Part shown: piece by piece, positions 13,223-26,981 of the stretch
Layout of the letters: the number at the start of each line of letters is the position of its first letter
Position numbering within the stretch: position 1 is the first letter of the stretch
From: Octopus vulgaris
Taxonomy: Eukaryota
Length of the DNA: 64,000 nt
Assembly: GCA_951406725.2 (NCBI GenBank)
Contig: OX597816.1
Coordinates: 19,406,001 to 19,470,000 of the forward strand
Direction: 5' to 3'
Position numbers and translations under genes: made by a program
The notes under the pieces: model-generated
Databases searched by the model: none
What the model saw: the letters and a program-made list of their open reading frames with translations, nothing else
Told to the model about the DNA's origin: nothing

Positions 13223-13669
13223 AGTGGACGAGGGTTGAAGAACATTATTATTTTTGCCATCAACATTATCACGCTGAGATTTATTTTATTTGCTTGAGTT
13301 TAATCCTAAAAATATCATCAGAAATTATTTTTAAAATATTTGAAACGACGTTACATAAACAAGAGTCAGACATTTTAGCTTAGGTATTTTGGGACGGAAA
13401 TGTTTACGGTTTGAGGTTTATTTATTAAATATTTTAATTAACTTGATATTTCAGATGTTTTAGAATGCTTTATTACCCTCATACCCTCATCATCTCCCTC
13501 ACTCTGCCTGTGTTTCTCTCTCTTTCTATCTCTTCCCGTGTGCATATATATATGCATGCACATACATTCATATGTATATACATACATATGTGTGTATATA
13601 TATATATAAACATACATACATATGTATATATATATATATATAAATATATACATACGTACATACATATGT

Positions 13670-13758
<89 letters not shown>

Positions 13759-13792
13759 CATACATACATATGTATACATATGTATACATACT

Positions 13793-13833
<41 letters not shown>

Positions 13834-13839
13834 TAATAC

Positions 13840-13906
13840 CGGTATGTAAAAGCCCCATTCGAGGAATATTACTTAAATTTTCCTCGAATGGGGCTTTTAC
13901 ATACCG
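13840..13906. repeat. Perfect 27-bp inverted repeat (13-nt loop) in a short unique insert between (TA)n tracts
   Basis: cggtatgtaaaagccccattcgaggaa (13840-13866) and ttcctcgaatggggcttttacataccg (13880-13906). Confidence 0.95.
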
Positions 13907-14013
13907 AAATCTACTTGGTGTATTTGATAATTATCCCTAATTAATTAATTTCACCCTTTTATTATTACTGATAACCATATATATATATACATATATATAT
14001 GTATATATATATT

Positions 14014-14045
<32 letters not shown>

Positions 14046-14490
14046 ATTACATATATAATTTATTACGTATGTACACTCAAACATACGCAGGCACTCACAC
14101 CTGCGCACAAAAATATATTCAACTATATTAAATACAAAAGTCGCATGAAGCAGCTTCCAGTAAATTATGTGGGTATACAAATTTTGGTGTATACTTATAT
14201 ATAGATGACAGATTAATTCGGTATTGCTACTTGGGGACGCACAATGTAACAGAAATTCAGGTGTTCTGCGATCACATGACATCATTCACCGCTCAATCTG
14301 TTTTTATACACGTCTTTTAAGGATGTTTTCCAACGATACTATTTCCGAAGTGAAAGCAGTGAAAAGTATTTCTCACATCCTTGTGTACATGAACGATTGT
14401 GTCGACGTTGGTTGTAGCGACTTGTTCATACAATCTCTTTCTCTTTATATATCTCTTTCTATCTCCCAAACGCTCGCGCCCACATACACA

Positions 14491-14557
<67 letters not shown>

Positions 14558-14594
14558 ATATATATGGTGTTATCCATATAAATCGTGTGGTGAT

Positions 14595-14729
14595 TATAAT
14601 AAAAATAAGCAACAAGAATAACTTCGGTAATTTGGTACGATTGTTTCGCACTACATCATTTTATTAAATGTAGTGCGAAACGATCGTACCAATTTACCGA
14701 AGTTATTCTTGTTGCTTATTTTGATTATA
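14595..14729. repeat. 62-bp-arm palindrome containing the 3' half of a PLE-type hammerhead
   Basis: Arms 14595-14656 and 14668-14729 have 3 mismatches. The right arm reads gtgc-GAAACGATCGTA, like the hammerhead end at 34764-34775. Confidence 0.9.
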
Positions 14730-15856
14730 TATATATATGTGTGTGTGTTGTGTGTGTGTGTGTATCGTGAGAAAACCCTTACGAATCTTGCTTTCCTTAT
14801 TTGAGATCTTGTGTTCAATCCTAATTCATATTTCAAAAGGAAACTATCTTTCACTGTATATCGGTAGGACAAAATTAATTTGTGGTTGTAATTCATTTAT
14901 TGATAGTAACTATACTAGTGATTCTACATTTAAATTTAAATTATACGATAAACCCTGCAATAGCCGTAGCTCTAATTTTATGTACAAAAACATGTTCAAA
15001 TGAATTTGTGCAATTTTCAACCTCTGATACACGATTCTGCGAGGATTTCTTTATTATTATTATTCAACAGGTGTCTGCTCACTGCCTTGAAAATCTTCGG
15101 ATTCATGCCATATCAAAAAAGCTACACTTCCATAATCAAGATTTCGTGTTTCTCAAATGATTTAAAATGTAAAACTGCAATGGCGGATATGTGCTTCTTT
15201 GAAGACACATGCCTATTTCAATGATTTTCCTGTTTGGAAATATGAAATAACACTTGGGCAACGTATGAAAACCATTCAATTGCAGACACAGTTGACCAGT
15301 GGTAACATCACACATCTTATAATTACATAAAACGCCTAGAAGTAAACAATGATTAGCCAGTATCTAATGATATCTCAGAACAAATATTGGAGAAAGGTTT
15401 GTTGAGAAAATATTTTTATGGCATATTATATTGCGCACGGAAGATACAGGTCCAGAAGTGTCTTTTGGTGACATTTAGAAAAAGTGAAGAAAAAGTAATT
15501 AATAAGAGAATGGATGAAGTAAATAAAACTGTCATTTATCAATGCATAGCTTATACGGAGAACTGTGGGGCTTCAACCCGAAGGGAGAAGTATTTAATTA
15601 ACACGAAAGGAAGTCCCTTATTCCATTTGAAACGTCTCAAGACATTCAGATTGAAAATAGCCAGTATGTTCAAATATGACTTTTTAAATACTAACATTTC
15701 TACTGATTTTCATTAACTCCCTACTGAGTCATACCTTAACTATAGAAATATAGAAATAATTTTGTGATATCAACATTATTTGCGCGTTCGAAGAGATATC
15801 ATTTTCATGCATGACTAACATATTCTGTTGCGCAACTGTAGATACTAAATTACGTA

Positions 15857-16091
15857 CTCTTTTTTTTTCTCTTTTTACTCTTTTTACTTGTTTCAGTCAT
15901 TTGACTGCGGCCATGCTGGAGCACCGCCTTTAGTCGAGCAAATCGACCCCGGGATTTTATTCTTTGTAAGCCCAGTACTTATTCTATCGGTTCTTTTGCC
16001 GAAACGCTAGGTGACGGGGACGTAAACACACCAGCATCGGTTGTCAAGCAATGCTAGGGGAACAAACACAGACACACAAACACATACACAC

Positions 16092-16126
<35 letters not shown>

Positions 16127-16289
16127 CGACAGGCTTCTTTCAGTTTCCGTCTGCCAAATCCACTCACAAGGCATTGGTCGGCCCGGGGCTATAGCAGAAG
16201 ACACTTGCCCAAGATGCCACGCAGTGGGACTGAACCCGGAACCATGTGGTTGGTTAGCAAGCTACTTACCACACAGCCACTCCTGCGCC
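15857..16289 (-). mobile_element. Full-length tRNA-derived SINE family B (internal TA/TG microsatellite)
   Basis: Head ggcgcaggagtggctgtgtggtaag..gggttcagtccc, then cttgggcaagtgtctt, and the tail ggcggtgctccagcatggccgcagtcaaatgactgaaacaagtaaaa. Confidence 0.9.
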
Positions 16290-18058
16290 CATGCAATTAT
16301 AATCTGTTTTTCAAATAAATACTTCAGAGTCCACATAATATTTTATATCATGCAATACATGAAATCATTGTTCCTACTATCATAATACTGAGTAACTGAA
16401 ACTCATATAGCAACACGTATGTTGCCATTCGCGATTAATGGAGTCCCGGATATATTTACAGGAACACAGATTGGTGAATTACAGCAGCAAAAATTTGATC
16501 ATCGCTGTGTTTTATCAGAGACTATTGGCGATTAAATATCAAGTTCTAAATCTATGCAGGATTAGCATTAATATATATGTCATAATAAATTAAGATGATA
16601 TATCCACAAATAATATCACACGTCTATGATGAAATTATATTAATGAAACTGTTTTCAAGTGAAGCTATTCTATTATACTCTCTTTATAGGGAAAAAAACT
16701 TAACCAAGACAAAAATTATTTACTGTACAAACGTAAATTGTGTGATAAAATATAATCATGTTTTGGAAAATAGGCTTAACTAATTTTCATCATAGTCACA
16801 TGAGTAATATTACATACTTCCAAATTAAACAGACGTTTGTTTCATTGACTCAACGGGGTTTCACTGAATAAGAGAGAATATGTATATAACAGATTTTTAC
16901 GATAAAATTCATCTTCATATCGATGATTAGTTCTTTGGACTCATCCATCCTTCAAATTAGGCATTATCAAAGTTTCTTAATTTGCAATCGACTAGGAAAA
17001 TTAATCGATAGTCTTGATAAATCAGAAACAATTGCCAAACATCAGTTGAGTGTGCAATAATGTTATTCAGATGATTCCCACCAGTTGCATGAATATATAA
17101 TTATCAATGCACGATATTATTTCCTACATGCTTGATGTTTTCTTGAATAGAAAGTGGCAGGAGCCATTGACTGCTAGAATGAAAACGCAGAAATTATTTG
17201 CTGTTCACGGGAACCCGTGTTCAGTTTTAGCAAAATAATGAATTCTCCTTAAAGCCCCCAAATTTTATAAGCTGGTGTGAGGCAGCGGATCGATATCTAC
17301 ACCTACGCATTTCCAAATAATTTCAAGATCGAGTCTAATATATTTATGCCAGAGTGTACAAAGAACTGTGGAATTTGAGAATCTATTACGAAATGTAAAG
17401 TAATGATTAGCGCTTTTCCCCTGTAATTATGAACTGTACTATTGTTGATTGCAATATGCCTCCAGAATATGAACGTGTTATTTGATAGAGTGAATTTGTT
17501 TTCATAAAATTATTCCCACGTACGGGTTTTCGCAACGACTCAATTGCAAACCTAATATTCCATTTCAGAATATGCCATTTTCCATTAAGATTCTTATGTT
17601 TATCTTTATATACCTAATACTAAAAGAAGGATAATCACTTACATATGCCGATGGTTCCGTAAATTAGACGCCATTTGAGAAACTGCACACTGATGATAAA
17701 GGTGCTAACTATAGTTTACTCGGAAAGATTGTCGCACATTCTAGCTTAATATATTTTTGCATTGGATGGGTATATATGGCGTTTTGGACTGTTCAATATC
17801 GATATTCATGAATACAGTTACATATCAAAAGTTATATATCAATGTTGCGCTTAATTATTGATTTCTGCATATCGGATGAACCTCAAGCTTTGTATTTAAT
17901 TCCTCAAATTATTAACAAAATACTAGGTTTTTCATTAGCCTAAATGTCTCAATTTTACTACTACCAGAGTAGTTTAGAAATGTTGATTTCTTCTGGATAA
18001 TGAGAGACATGAATTATGTGTGTATATATGCGTGTATGCATATATATATGTGTGTGTG

Positions 18059-18229
18059 TCGACCCCAGCACTTATTCTTTGTAAGCCTAGTACTTATTCA
18101 ATCGGTCTCTTGGGCCGAACTGCTAAGTTACGGGGACGTAAACACACCAGCATCGGTTGTCAAGTGATGTTGGTGGAAAAGCACAAACACAAAACATACA
18201 CACACACAGACACATATACACACACACAA

Positions 18230-18297
<68 letters not shown>

Positions 18298-18468
18298 ACA
18301 TATGTACGATGGGCTTCTTTCAGTTTCCGTCTACCAAATCCACTCAAATGATTTGGTCGACCAGAGGCTATAGTAGAAGACACTCGCGCAATGTGCCACG
18401 CAGTGGGGCTGAACCCGGAACCATGTGGTTAGTAAGCAAGCTTCTTAGCCCACAGCCACTCCTACGCA
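18059..18468 (-). mobile_element. SINE family B, 3'-truncated
   Basis: Same head and body as 15857-16289. Confidence 0.88.
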
Positions 18469-19874
18469 TATTTATTTATTTTTCCTGAAATTTTTGTTGC
18501 GATTTGCAACCTTTTCAATAGATGTTGACACTGTCTGTTATCGCAATTTCGGTAAGGAACAGAGTCAAAGACTATTGAAAACGATGCAAGACGCAATGAA
18601 AACTTTAGTAAAAACAACTGAGTGGAAATCGGTGAGTATGTTAAATAATACAGCACTAAAAGAGAATCATGTCCCCAGATACAATAAAATATGCTTCAAA
18701 TCACGAAATCATATAAAGAATCTTACAAGCCAAATATAAAATCGAAATACAAACGCACGCACACACATCCACACGCACCCACACACACACACGCACACAC
18801 ACATATATACATACATACATTTATGTATTTATGTATGCATGCTGATATATTGATATATTAATCTGGGTCTTCAAGGCGAAATTCAAACTATAATGAAAGT
18901 ATATACAAGTGTTTATATTTGAACTTCTTTCTTCATCGCATGTAATTTTAAATAGTGTATTTTCTAGTATATAAATCGTGGGATTTTGTGTTTGATTTTA
19001 ACATTTAAAACCAGGTACGATTAATACACGGGGGAATATTAGATCTATGAAGAGGAAACAAACTCGTACAAAAGTCACCACTAAATTTGAAGCGCAACTT
19101 TACACGAGTAAATACAATGTATCTTTTAGATTATCGTCAAAGATATTCTGCCGGGTATAGTTTTTATGTTGCATTTTACAGATTTTAAAGAAATATTTTA
19201 CCATTTCCAAATATATCAAATACTTGGACTGCGATTGTGCATTCATTTTTTATATGGGATAATTTGGGATCAGATTCGCTTATATATCTCGCGGCTTTTA
19301 CCAACTGCGGGGATTCATTTTTAAATAATATCTTGAATTTTGGAAGCTATAATGTAATAGAGAAAATATAAAATATACTGAATATCGATTTCGATTCTGT
19401 GAAATTATTTCCTAATGTAGAAGATTAAAATACTTCGTTCTCACTATAATTGAGTTAACTTAATCATTCTGAAAGTGTTACTGGAGTGACGTTTTCTCTT
19501 TTCTATGGTCATATAATATAACGGATACTTGTCATTTTGTATTCTTTGCGTATCCGTCTATGTTGCGATGTAAAGTGATTTTTATGTGAGAGTTCCTCAG
19601 ACAGTGAATAAACGGAATGAGATGATTTTGCGTAACTGTTTAGAAGCTGATGATTTGACATAGATAACTGCACATTGCGCATTCAACATGTTATGGCAGC
19701 TATGAGATATGGCACTGGAGTTACACATACGCAGATATATACGCATAGACAAAGAAAGAGTGAGAGAGAGAGGCATTACAACTTATTAATTGAACACGAC
19801 TGTCATAGTAATATTCGATGATCCTCATAAAAATACAGAGAAATATGCATATACGCACATATAAGCAGCCACAC

Positions 19875-19963
<89 letters not shown>

Positions 19964-22231
19964 GGAAGGGTGAAACGTTTAAAACTTGCTAAATAATGAA
20001 GCAGCTGTTGTCAAATTAGTCAGCGTCGAATCACCAATGACACATACTGTGATAAAAATACTTTGCCCAAAACTATACACACGAGTAAAATGTCAACACT
20101 TTTCTTGCGTTACTGTAATTCACATTATTTTCTTCAGATTATAGTATTTCATCAATTCATATGGTACTGTCACTGCTTAAAACGCATGACATTTTATTAG
20201 TCTGTAATAGATATTTATAAATGTGCAGTCTCATATGAGATTGATAAAATGTACTTTTAAAATATTTTACAAACCAAAAACTTACTGAAGTTGCATTAAA
20301 TATTTCAGGGACAGCTATTTATTTATTTGCGATAAAGGAAATGATTGCGGGAATCAACTTAAACTGGGCGTTGAATCTAGGTCAACGATAATACATACTT
20401 AAACACCGTAGAAAAGTGTGCATATGTAAACGCGTGTGCATATATATGCGCAAGCATGAACTAAACGGATTATTAACAATTATATATATATTTTTCGCAT
20501 ATATGTAATATATCTGTATCACTGTTTCAAATGCTATGTTGTCAGAAAAGATATATCATGAAACATATTTCACACTCTCCCATTCACTCTATTGAAGAAT
20601 CGAATGTAACAAGTTGATCGCTTAATAAATATTATGCGCGTAAAATATGATTTTCACAGATATTTTAAAGTCCGTTTTCCGCATATTAGCACAATATTTC
20701 ATATAGAACTTTTAACTTCACTCTTTAAGAGCAAATGATACTTCCCATATATGTATTCATTTTTATTAAAAGGAGATGCAAACACACACACACGTTATAT
20801 ACTTACATATATTTATATACAAACATATATATTTACATCTATATACTTACGTACACACACACATATGCACACGTATTTATATATTTGCATACAACTATTA
20901 CTTTTTATATTATCTTATATAATAATACGTTATGTTTTATTAATGATAATTTTAGTAGGGAAAGATTTATTACACCAATTCTCTAGCCGGTTCCATTTTC
21001 TATATGATTATATATTACATTTCGTGCCTTATGATTATTTCATATTTCTATAATAACCAGGATATTTATATACTATATCACAGTGATTATACACATGAAT
21101 ACATACCGCATTTTATGATAAAATATATCCAAGTTGTTCCAGTCAAGGCTTTTCACTTTCAAGATTAATAGACTTCAAAATGAATATTTATGAAATAGGC
21201 ACACAGAAGAACAAAACAAGATGTTTGATGCGAGTACTTTGTTCGAAGTAATATTTACACTATATCAGCGAACACAAAGTAAATGAGAATAGCATCGGAT
21301 TGTGATCGTCTAGACAAATATAATACATCTGTTTTATCTTCTCTCAGATGAGCCTATTATTGTCAGTTAGCATTATATATGAAATAGATGACACGTATTT
21401 TACAACATTTAATTCAAATATATACCAGTTATATAATTTACTATAAAATCTTCCAGACTATACGTTATAAATATGCATCGTATATTATGAATACAATTAT
21501 GAATATAATGCATATATTTTAAAGGTTATAAAACTATAGACACATTTTCTATTATAATCAACTATATTTTCATCTATGAATATATGTTAACGTTCTTTTC
21601 TAAAGTTCCATCTCTTCAGCTATCTGCTCCATTCTATATAACACGTATCCTTGTTAACGTTTCATAGCAATCTCTACATGTAATGAAATATTGCACTTAA
21701 TACGGTACCTTTCACCAATCTGCATATAAAGGAATGAAGTAGAAATGTATGTATGTGACACTTTGTGTGCGAGAAACGAGAGATGAAGAGAAAGAGAAAG
21801 AGATCGGTTTCCCAGTAGACCAGAACCATCTTTATTGTAACTACGGAACAATATCCTTACCTTCTGAACTGTCTTCCGGTCTCCGACTTCATGGCGTATC
21901 CATTATATCACCTTGCAGACGGAAAGTAGATATCTTTCTCGCAAACCAATCGCAACATAGTCTATTGTATAACCTTTAATGAACAATGTCTATATAACCA
22001 TAGTTGTCCAAGATTAGAAGGACTTCTTTTTATTCTTTCTCTACGTTTGATCAGGAATAGTTTGTCATTAAGAAACTAGATGCCATGCAATTAAAACTAA
22101 CGACCTAATTTAAATCAATACCACAGAATTTTGCTCCTTACAAATTTATATGTATGTGAAAAGGTATGTAAGGATGTATGTATGCATGTATGTATGTATG
22201 TATGTATGTATGTATGAATCAATCAACTTAG

Positions 22232-22295
<64 letters not shown>

Positions 22296-22340
22296 ATGTC
22301 TGTCTGTCTATCTAGCTAGCTTGCTAACTAGCTAGATATC

Positions 22341-22402
<62 letters not shown>

Positions 22403-23189
22403 AATGGATGTTTTATGAAACTAGTCCGCTCAAATAATACCAGCTATACCAACAATCCAACATACCTGCATCATCAGCTGCCCCACGGATGTCACTATGG
22501 TTTCGACACCTGTGCAGTACCATTCAATCCGACAGTGCCCACAGCACCAAAATAACTCATGTTTTTTTGAACAAACATAGCTTAGATATCACGACATAAT
22601 TTCAATCTTAATTCTAGGGAGAATTTAACACTAACAATATTAATTTTAACTACGACACAGAAACACATTTACCCTATCTACAAAAAACAGTATCCGTAAA
22701 TATATTCAATAAGTAAAACTATAAGTAACTCATAAATTATCTAACTAAACAGCATATGTATTCCGCATATTAATGTGTTTGCGTGTCCGTGTTTGTACTT
22801 CTTTATGTATGTGTGTGTCTGTGTGTGTACCTCTGTCTCCTTTTTTGTGCATGGTTTTTTTTGCAACTCTGTACTGTGTTTCTATGTTTGTATGTGTATC
22901 TCCATATGTGTGGACGTGTGTCTCCATATGTGTCCTCATGTGAAGTAAAGTGTGTGTATATATTGTCATGTGTTTCAGTCTTCATTTGTGTATATGTGTG
23001 TATGTGTGCTTGTCTGTTCATATAACTTGTGTACCTATCCGTCTGTATATTGATCTGTTTACTTTCATATACATATGCTTACATACATGTGCATATACAT
23101 ATATACATACACCCACACACATGCATACATTTATCTACATAACATCCCTATACTAACTATACTATTCTACCTGTATAGACTTTGTGTGA

Positions 23190-24005
23190 CAAAGCCTCCA
23201 AATATGTTGTTCACAAGAACTCAGCTTTATCACACAATATGGAAATTAACATGCTGATAGCAGACTTAGTTATGATAATGAACAACGTGTCCCCACTATG
23301 CTCTTTGAATTGGAAAAACATGTACAGAACTTCATGCACCGCATGAAACTCTTTGGATATGATCAGAAAGGGAGGTTTCGAGTATGCAGTGGTGCTAGGA
23401 AGAAATTACATAACAATATATGTAATGATATCAGTGATACATACTCTAAATACAGATACAAAGACTGAAATAGGATAAAAAGAACTTGTGGCAAAGGAAA
23501 CAGGGTGAAAACGTGGTATAACTGACAAATATCAAAGAGGGATGTTTGTAGAGGCAACAGCCCATGGTGAACTAGTTCGTAGATTTCGGAAAACTATGAA
23601 GGAGACCAAACTCAATATTAAGATTATTGAAAAGCCAGGATATTCTGTCAGATCACAACTATGTAGGTCGTACAACTTTGAGAATACTATATGCACCAAT
23701 TATGGCTACTTGGTATGTAGGATTAGCCCTGGCATTAACGGTAGAACTAGAAATATAGTTTTCAGGATAAGATGCATAAAATGTGCTTGTAAAGACATGA
23801 ACATGACATACATAGGGGAGATATCTAGAAGCTTTGCGGAACGACTAAATGTACATTTGTGACAATATTACGACGAAAATCAGTCCTCCATGCTCTACCA
23901 ACATGACAAGAACCAACATGGAGGTAACCTGGGTTAACTTGACATCTGCAAATACCGGAGAACATCCTCATAAGTGGTACTCCCAAATACTAAATAGGAA
24001 ATATA
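23190..24005 (+). pseudogene. PLE remnant: RT thumb, Cys-rich linker and GIY-YIG endonuclease, resembling Naiad/Chlamys-type PLEs
   Basis: SKYVVHKNSALS...FMHRMKLFGYDQKGRFRV...KTWY, then FVEATAHGEL..IKIIEKPGYSVRSQLCRS..C..C..NIVFRIRCIKC..TYIGEISRSFAERLNVH..SMLYQH. Stops and frameshifts are present. Confidence 0.8.
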
Positions 24006-25139
24006 CGTAATAGATATCAAACCCCCATAGCCGCGTACTGGTAGAGTTATATAACTATTGTGCTGTTATGTAAATAGATGTATATGTGTGTGTGGGGGGT
24101 GTATGTATATATGTATATGTATATGTATATGCATAGTTTATCCCCTCAATTCTCATTACAATACTCAGTTTTGGGTTGAGTGCGTGGTATTATGTAAAGC
24201 ACTAGTGCTTACATATTCACATATTCCCTTGCTAGAAAAATTGATTAGATGTTCCTGTTAACACTGAGCAACTACAACATTCAATGTAGAACAACTCTCA
24301 AGCAACCACGCCAACTAAAGTAGATCTCTCTTAATATATCAGTAAAAGTGGGCCCCCGACGTTCTTGCATAACATTATAAAGATAGAAATAGATTTAACA
24401 GCAACTAAGTATGTTAACTTCAGACTTTTGCACCTTTGTATAGGTGTGAGGGCGTAAATTTCTCGCCTTCCTTTCTATATTTACTTTTTCACACGATACA
24501 ACCATGAATTTTGTCTTTCAATTAAATATTGCCTGAAGTGGACTCGTCTATTTAAAACTTATGAGAAAACGACGAGATTGTGTCTCCAATGGCATTTCTG
24601 CCGTTACATTTGTTTGGCAAATATTGTACAGGTGTTTATGCATGCTTGCGTATATCTTTGTATGCGTAAAGTGAGAGAGACAGAGAGAAAAAGAGGAAGT
24701 ACTGCCTTTGCTATGACTGATATTGTTGCCAAATACGTAACTTGTTTTGTCAACAGAAAAAACAAGGTTATCGTTTTTGTTTCTGTTGCAAGATCTCTGG
24801 CTGTGCAATATCATTGTTCATTTGCTTGTGTTGAAACTTCCTGTGGTAGTCTTAGCTTTCTTCATTTTCAACTTCTTTGTATCATTTTCTTTTCTCTTTC
24901 AGTACATCGCGGCTACGTCTGCAAATATTTTGTATATTTTGTGTATAACAGATGTCAAACAAAATAAACACGACGATAGTGTATAAAACTGATTTCGGTA
25001 TTGTTCCCAGCGTTAAGTGCTGAAAATCGAAAAAAGCAAAGCTTAATGGCGTACATTACTCATTTATAAACTCAGCAATTTTTCGAATTTAAAAAATAAA
25101 TAATAATTAACGAATAACGGAATATTTGGTCAGGTTTGT

Positions 25140-25360
25140 TACTCTTCACTCTTTTACTCTTTTACTTGTTTCAGTCATTTGACTGCGGCCATGCTGGAGC
25201 ACCGCCTTTAGTCGAGCAAATCGACCCCGAGACTTATTCTTTGTAAGCCCAGTACTTATTCTATCGGTCTCTTTTGCCGAACCGCTAAGTGACGGGGACG
25301 TAAACACACCAGCATCAGTTGTCAAGCAATGCTAGGGGGACAAACACAGACACACAAACT

Positions 25361-25412
<52 letters not shown>

Positions 25413-25578
25413 CATATATACGACAGGCTTCTTTCAGTTTCCGCCTACCAAATCCACTCACAAGGCATTAGTTGGCCCGGGGCTATAGCAGAAGACACTT
25501 GCACAAGATGCCACGCCGTGGGACTGAACCCGGAACCATGTAGTTGGTTAGCAAGCTACTTACCACACAGCCACTCCT
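25140..25578 (-). mobile_element. SINE family B, near full-length
   Basis: Highly similar to 15857-16289. Confidence 0.9.
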
Positions 25579-25736
25579 ATATAATAATAATTAAAATTAT
25601 TTTCTGCAAACACGAAGTTGATGATGATGCTCGGTCACATTAATCTACAAGTATTGATATGAGTATAAGTGCAAAGTTTCTCATAGTATATATGAAGATA
25701 TACACAGAAGTACCGTAAGGAAAGAGTTGGGGATAT

Positions 25737-26039
25737 AATCTTATAGTCGTGATTCATATCGAGCCCTTCTGGGTATTAGCCCGCGTCTACGATGAGTCTA
25801 CGATTTTAAAAATAATTTACCATCATTTTTTTCCATTTTAATGCATTTTTTCCCTATTATATAAGGGACGTAACTCTCTAAAAATGTCTACGATGAGTCA
25901 ACGATTTAAAAAAAAAATTACCAGAATTTTTTTTCCATTTCTAATGCATTTTTTTGCTGTTTTTTTGCTATAACTCTCTAAAAATGATTATACAGATATT
26001 TCCCTTACAAGCCCGCGCAACGCCGGTCGATACTGCTAG
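25737..26039 (+). mobile_element. 5'-truncated Helitron unit (same family as 5680-6445)
   Basis: Collinear with the 6146-6445 segment. Ends in the hairpin plus tactgCTAG (26036-26039), followed by T. Confidence 0.85.
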
Positions 26040-26408
26040 TGGATTATAAAATTGGTAGAATTTAGACATCAGATATTAAAGGCAAATAGATTTTGGTTAA
26101 CTACTGCAACAAACACCAAAGTTATTGTTATGAAGAGAAGAAATTATCCGTACAGCATTGCCGTATGGATTAATAGTACTTATATGCATATTTGTATAAA
26201 ATGACTTTTCTTCATGTCATTGATTTGAACACAAGTTTTGATATTTCCTGGGGTTAATTTTGTCTGATTCTAGGAAACTAAGAATATTTATAGGAATTCT
26301 ATAAGATGCAGAGTTATATGTATGTATATACTTAGGTACATATGCATGTATGTATGCAAGTGAATATTTCTATGTATATATCTATGTAAGTATATACATA
26401 TGTATGTA

Positions 26409-26691
26409 GGAGAGGCACGTGGCCTAGTCGTTAGAGCAGCGGACTCGCGGTCGAGGGATCGCGGGTTCGAATCTCAGACCGGGCGATTTGTGGATGTGTG
26501 CGTTTATGAGTGAAACACCTTAAGCTCCACGCGGCTCCAGCAGAAGGTAATGGCGAGCTTCTGCTGACTCTTTCGCCACAATTTTCTCTCGCTCTTTCCT
26601 TCAGCATCTTGCATCTGACCTGTGACGGACCGGCGTCAACGAAACCGGGAAACCGGCCCTTATGAGCCAGCCGTGGCTCGAGAAGAAACAT
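26409..26691 (+). mobile_element. tRNA-derived SINE family D
   Basis: A-box gtggcctagtcgttagagc, B-box gggttcgaatctc, and a 3' cctgtgacggaccggcgtc..gaaaccgggaaaccgg module shared in outline with family C. Confidence 0.8.
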
Positions 26692-26713
26692 ACATTTATG
26701 TATGTACGTATGA

Positions 26714-26981
26714 TACGGGTACGTCTCTGCATCTGTGTGTGCATCTGTGCGTGAGTATAACATATATGTATATATATATATACATATATATATACATATA
26801 TGTTATACTCACGCACAGATACACACATACAGATACGTCTCTGCATCTGTGTGTGCATCTGTGCGTGAGTATAACATATATGTATATATATATATGTATA
26901 TATATATATGTATATATATATATACATATATGTTATACTCACGCACAGATGCACACACAGATGCAGAGACGTACCCGTATA
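26714..26981. repeat. Alternating inverted repeat (A-A'-A-A') centred on (TA)n
   Basis: tacgtctctgcatctgtgtgtgcatctgtgcgtgagtataacatatatg occurs twice forward, and its reverse complement follows each TA tract. Confidence 0.9.

Noticed and set aside
23465-23862. In-frame TGA codons as possible selenocysteine (some Naiad PLEs encode selenoproteins)
   Set aside because: The TGAs do not fall at conserved Cys positions (one is at a likely Trp), the copy is frameshifted, and no SECIS was identified.
26409-26485. tRNA-like sequences here and at 8690-8764 and 11525-11595
   Set aside because: They lack complete cloverleaf acceptor stems and continue into SINE bodies, so they are SINE heads rather than tRNA genes.
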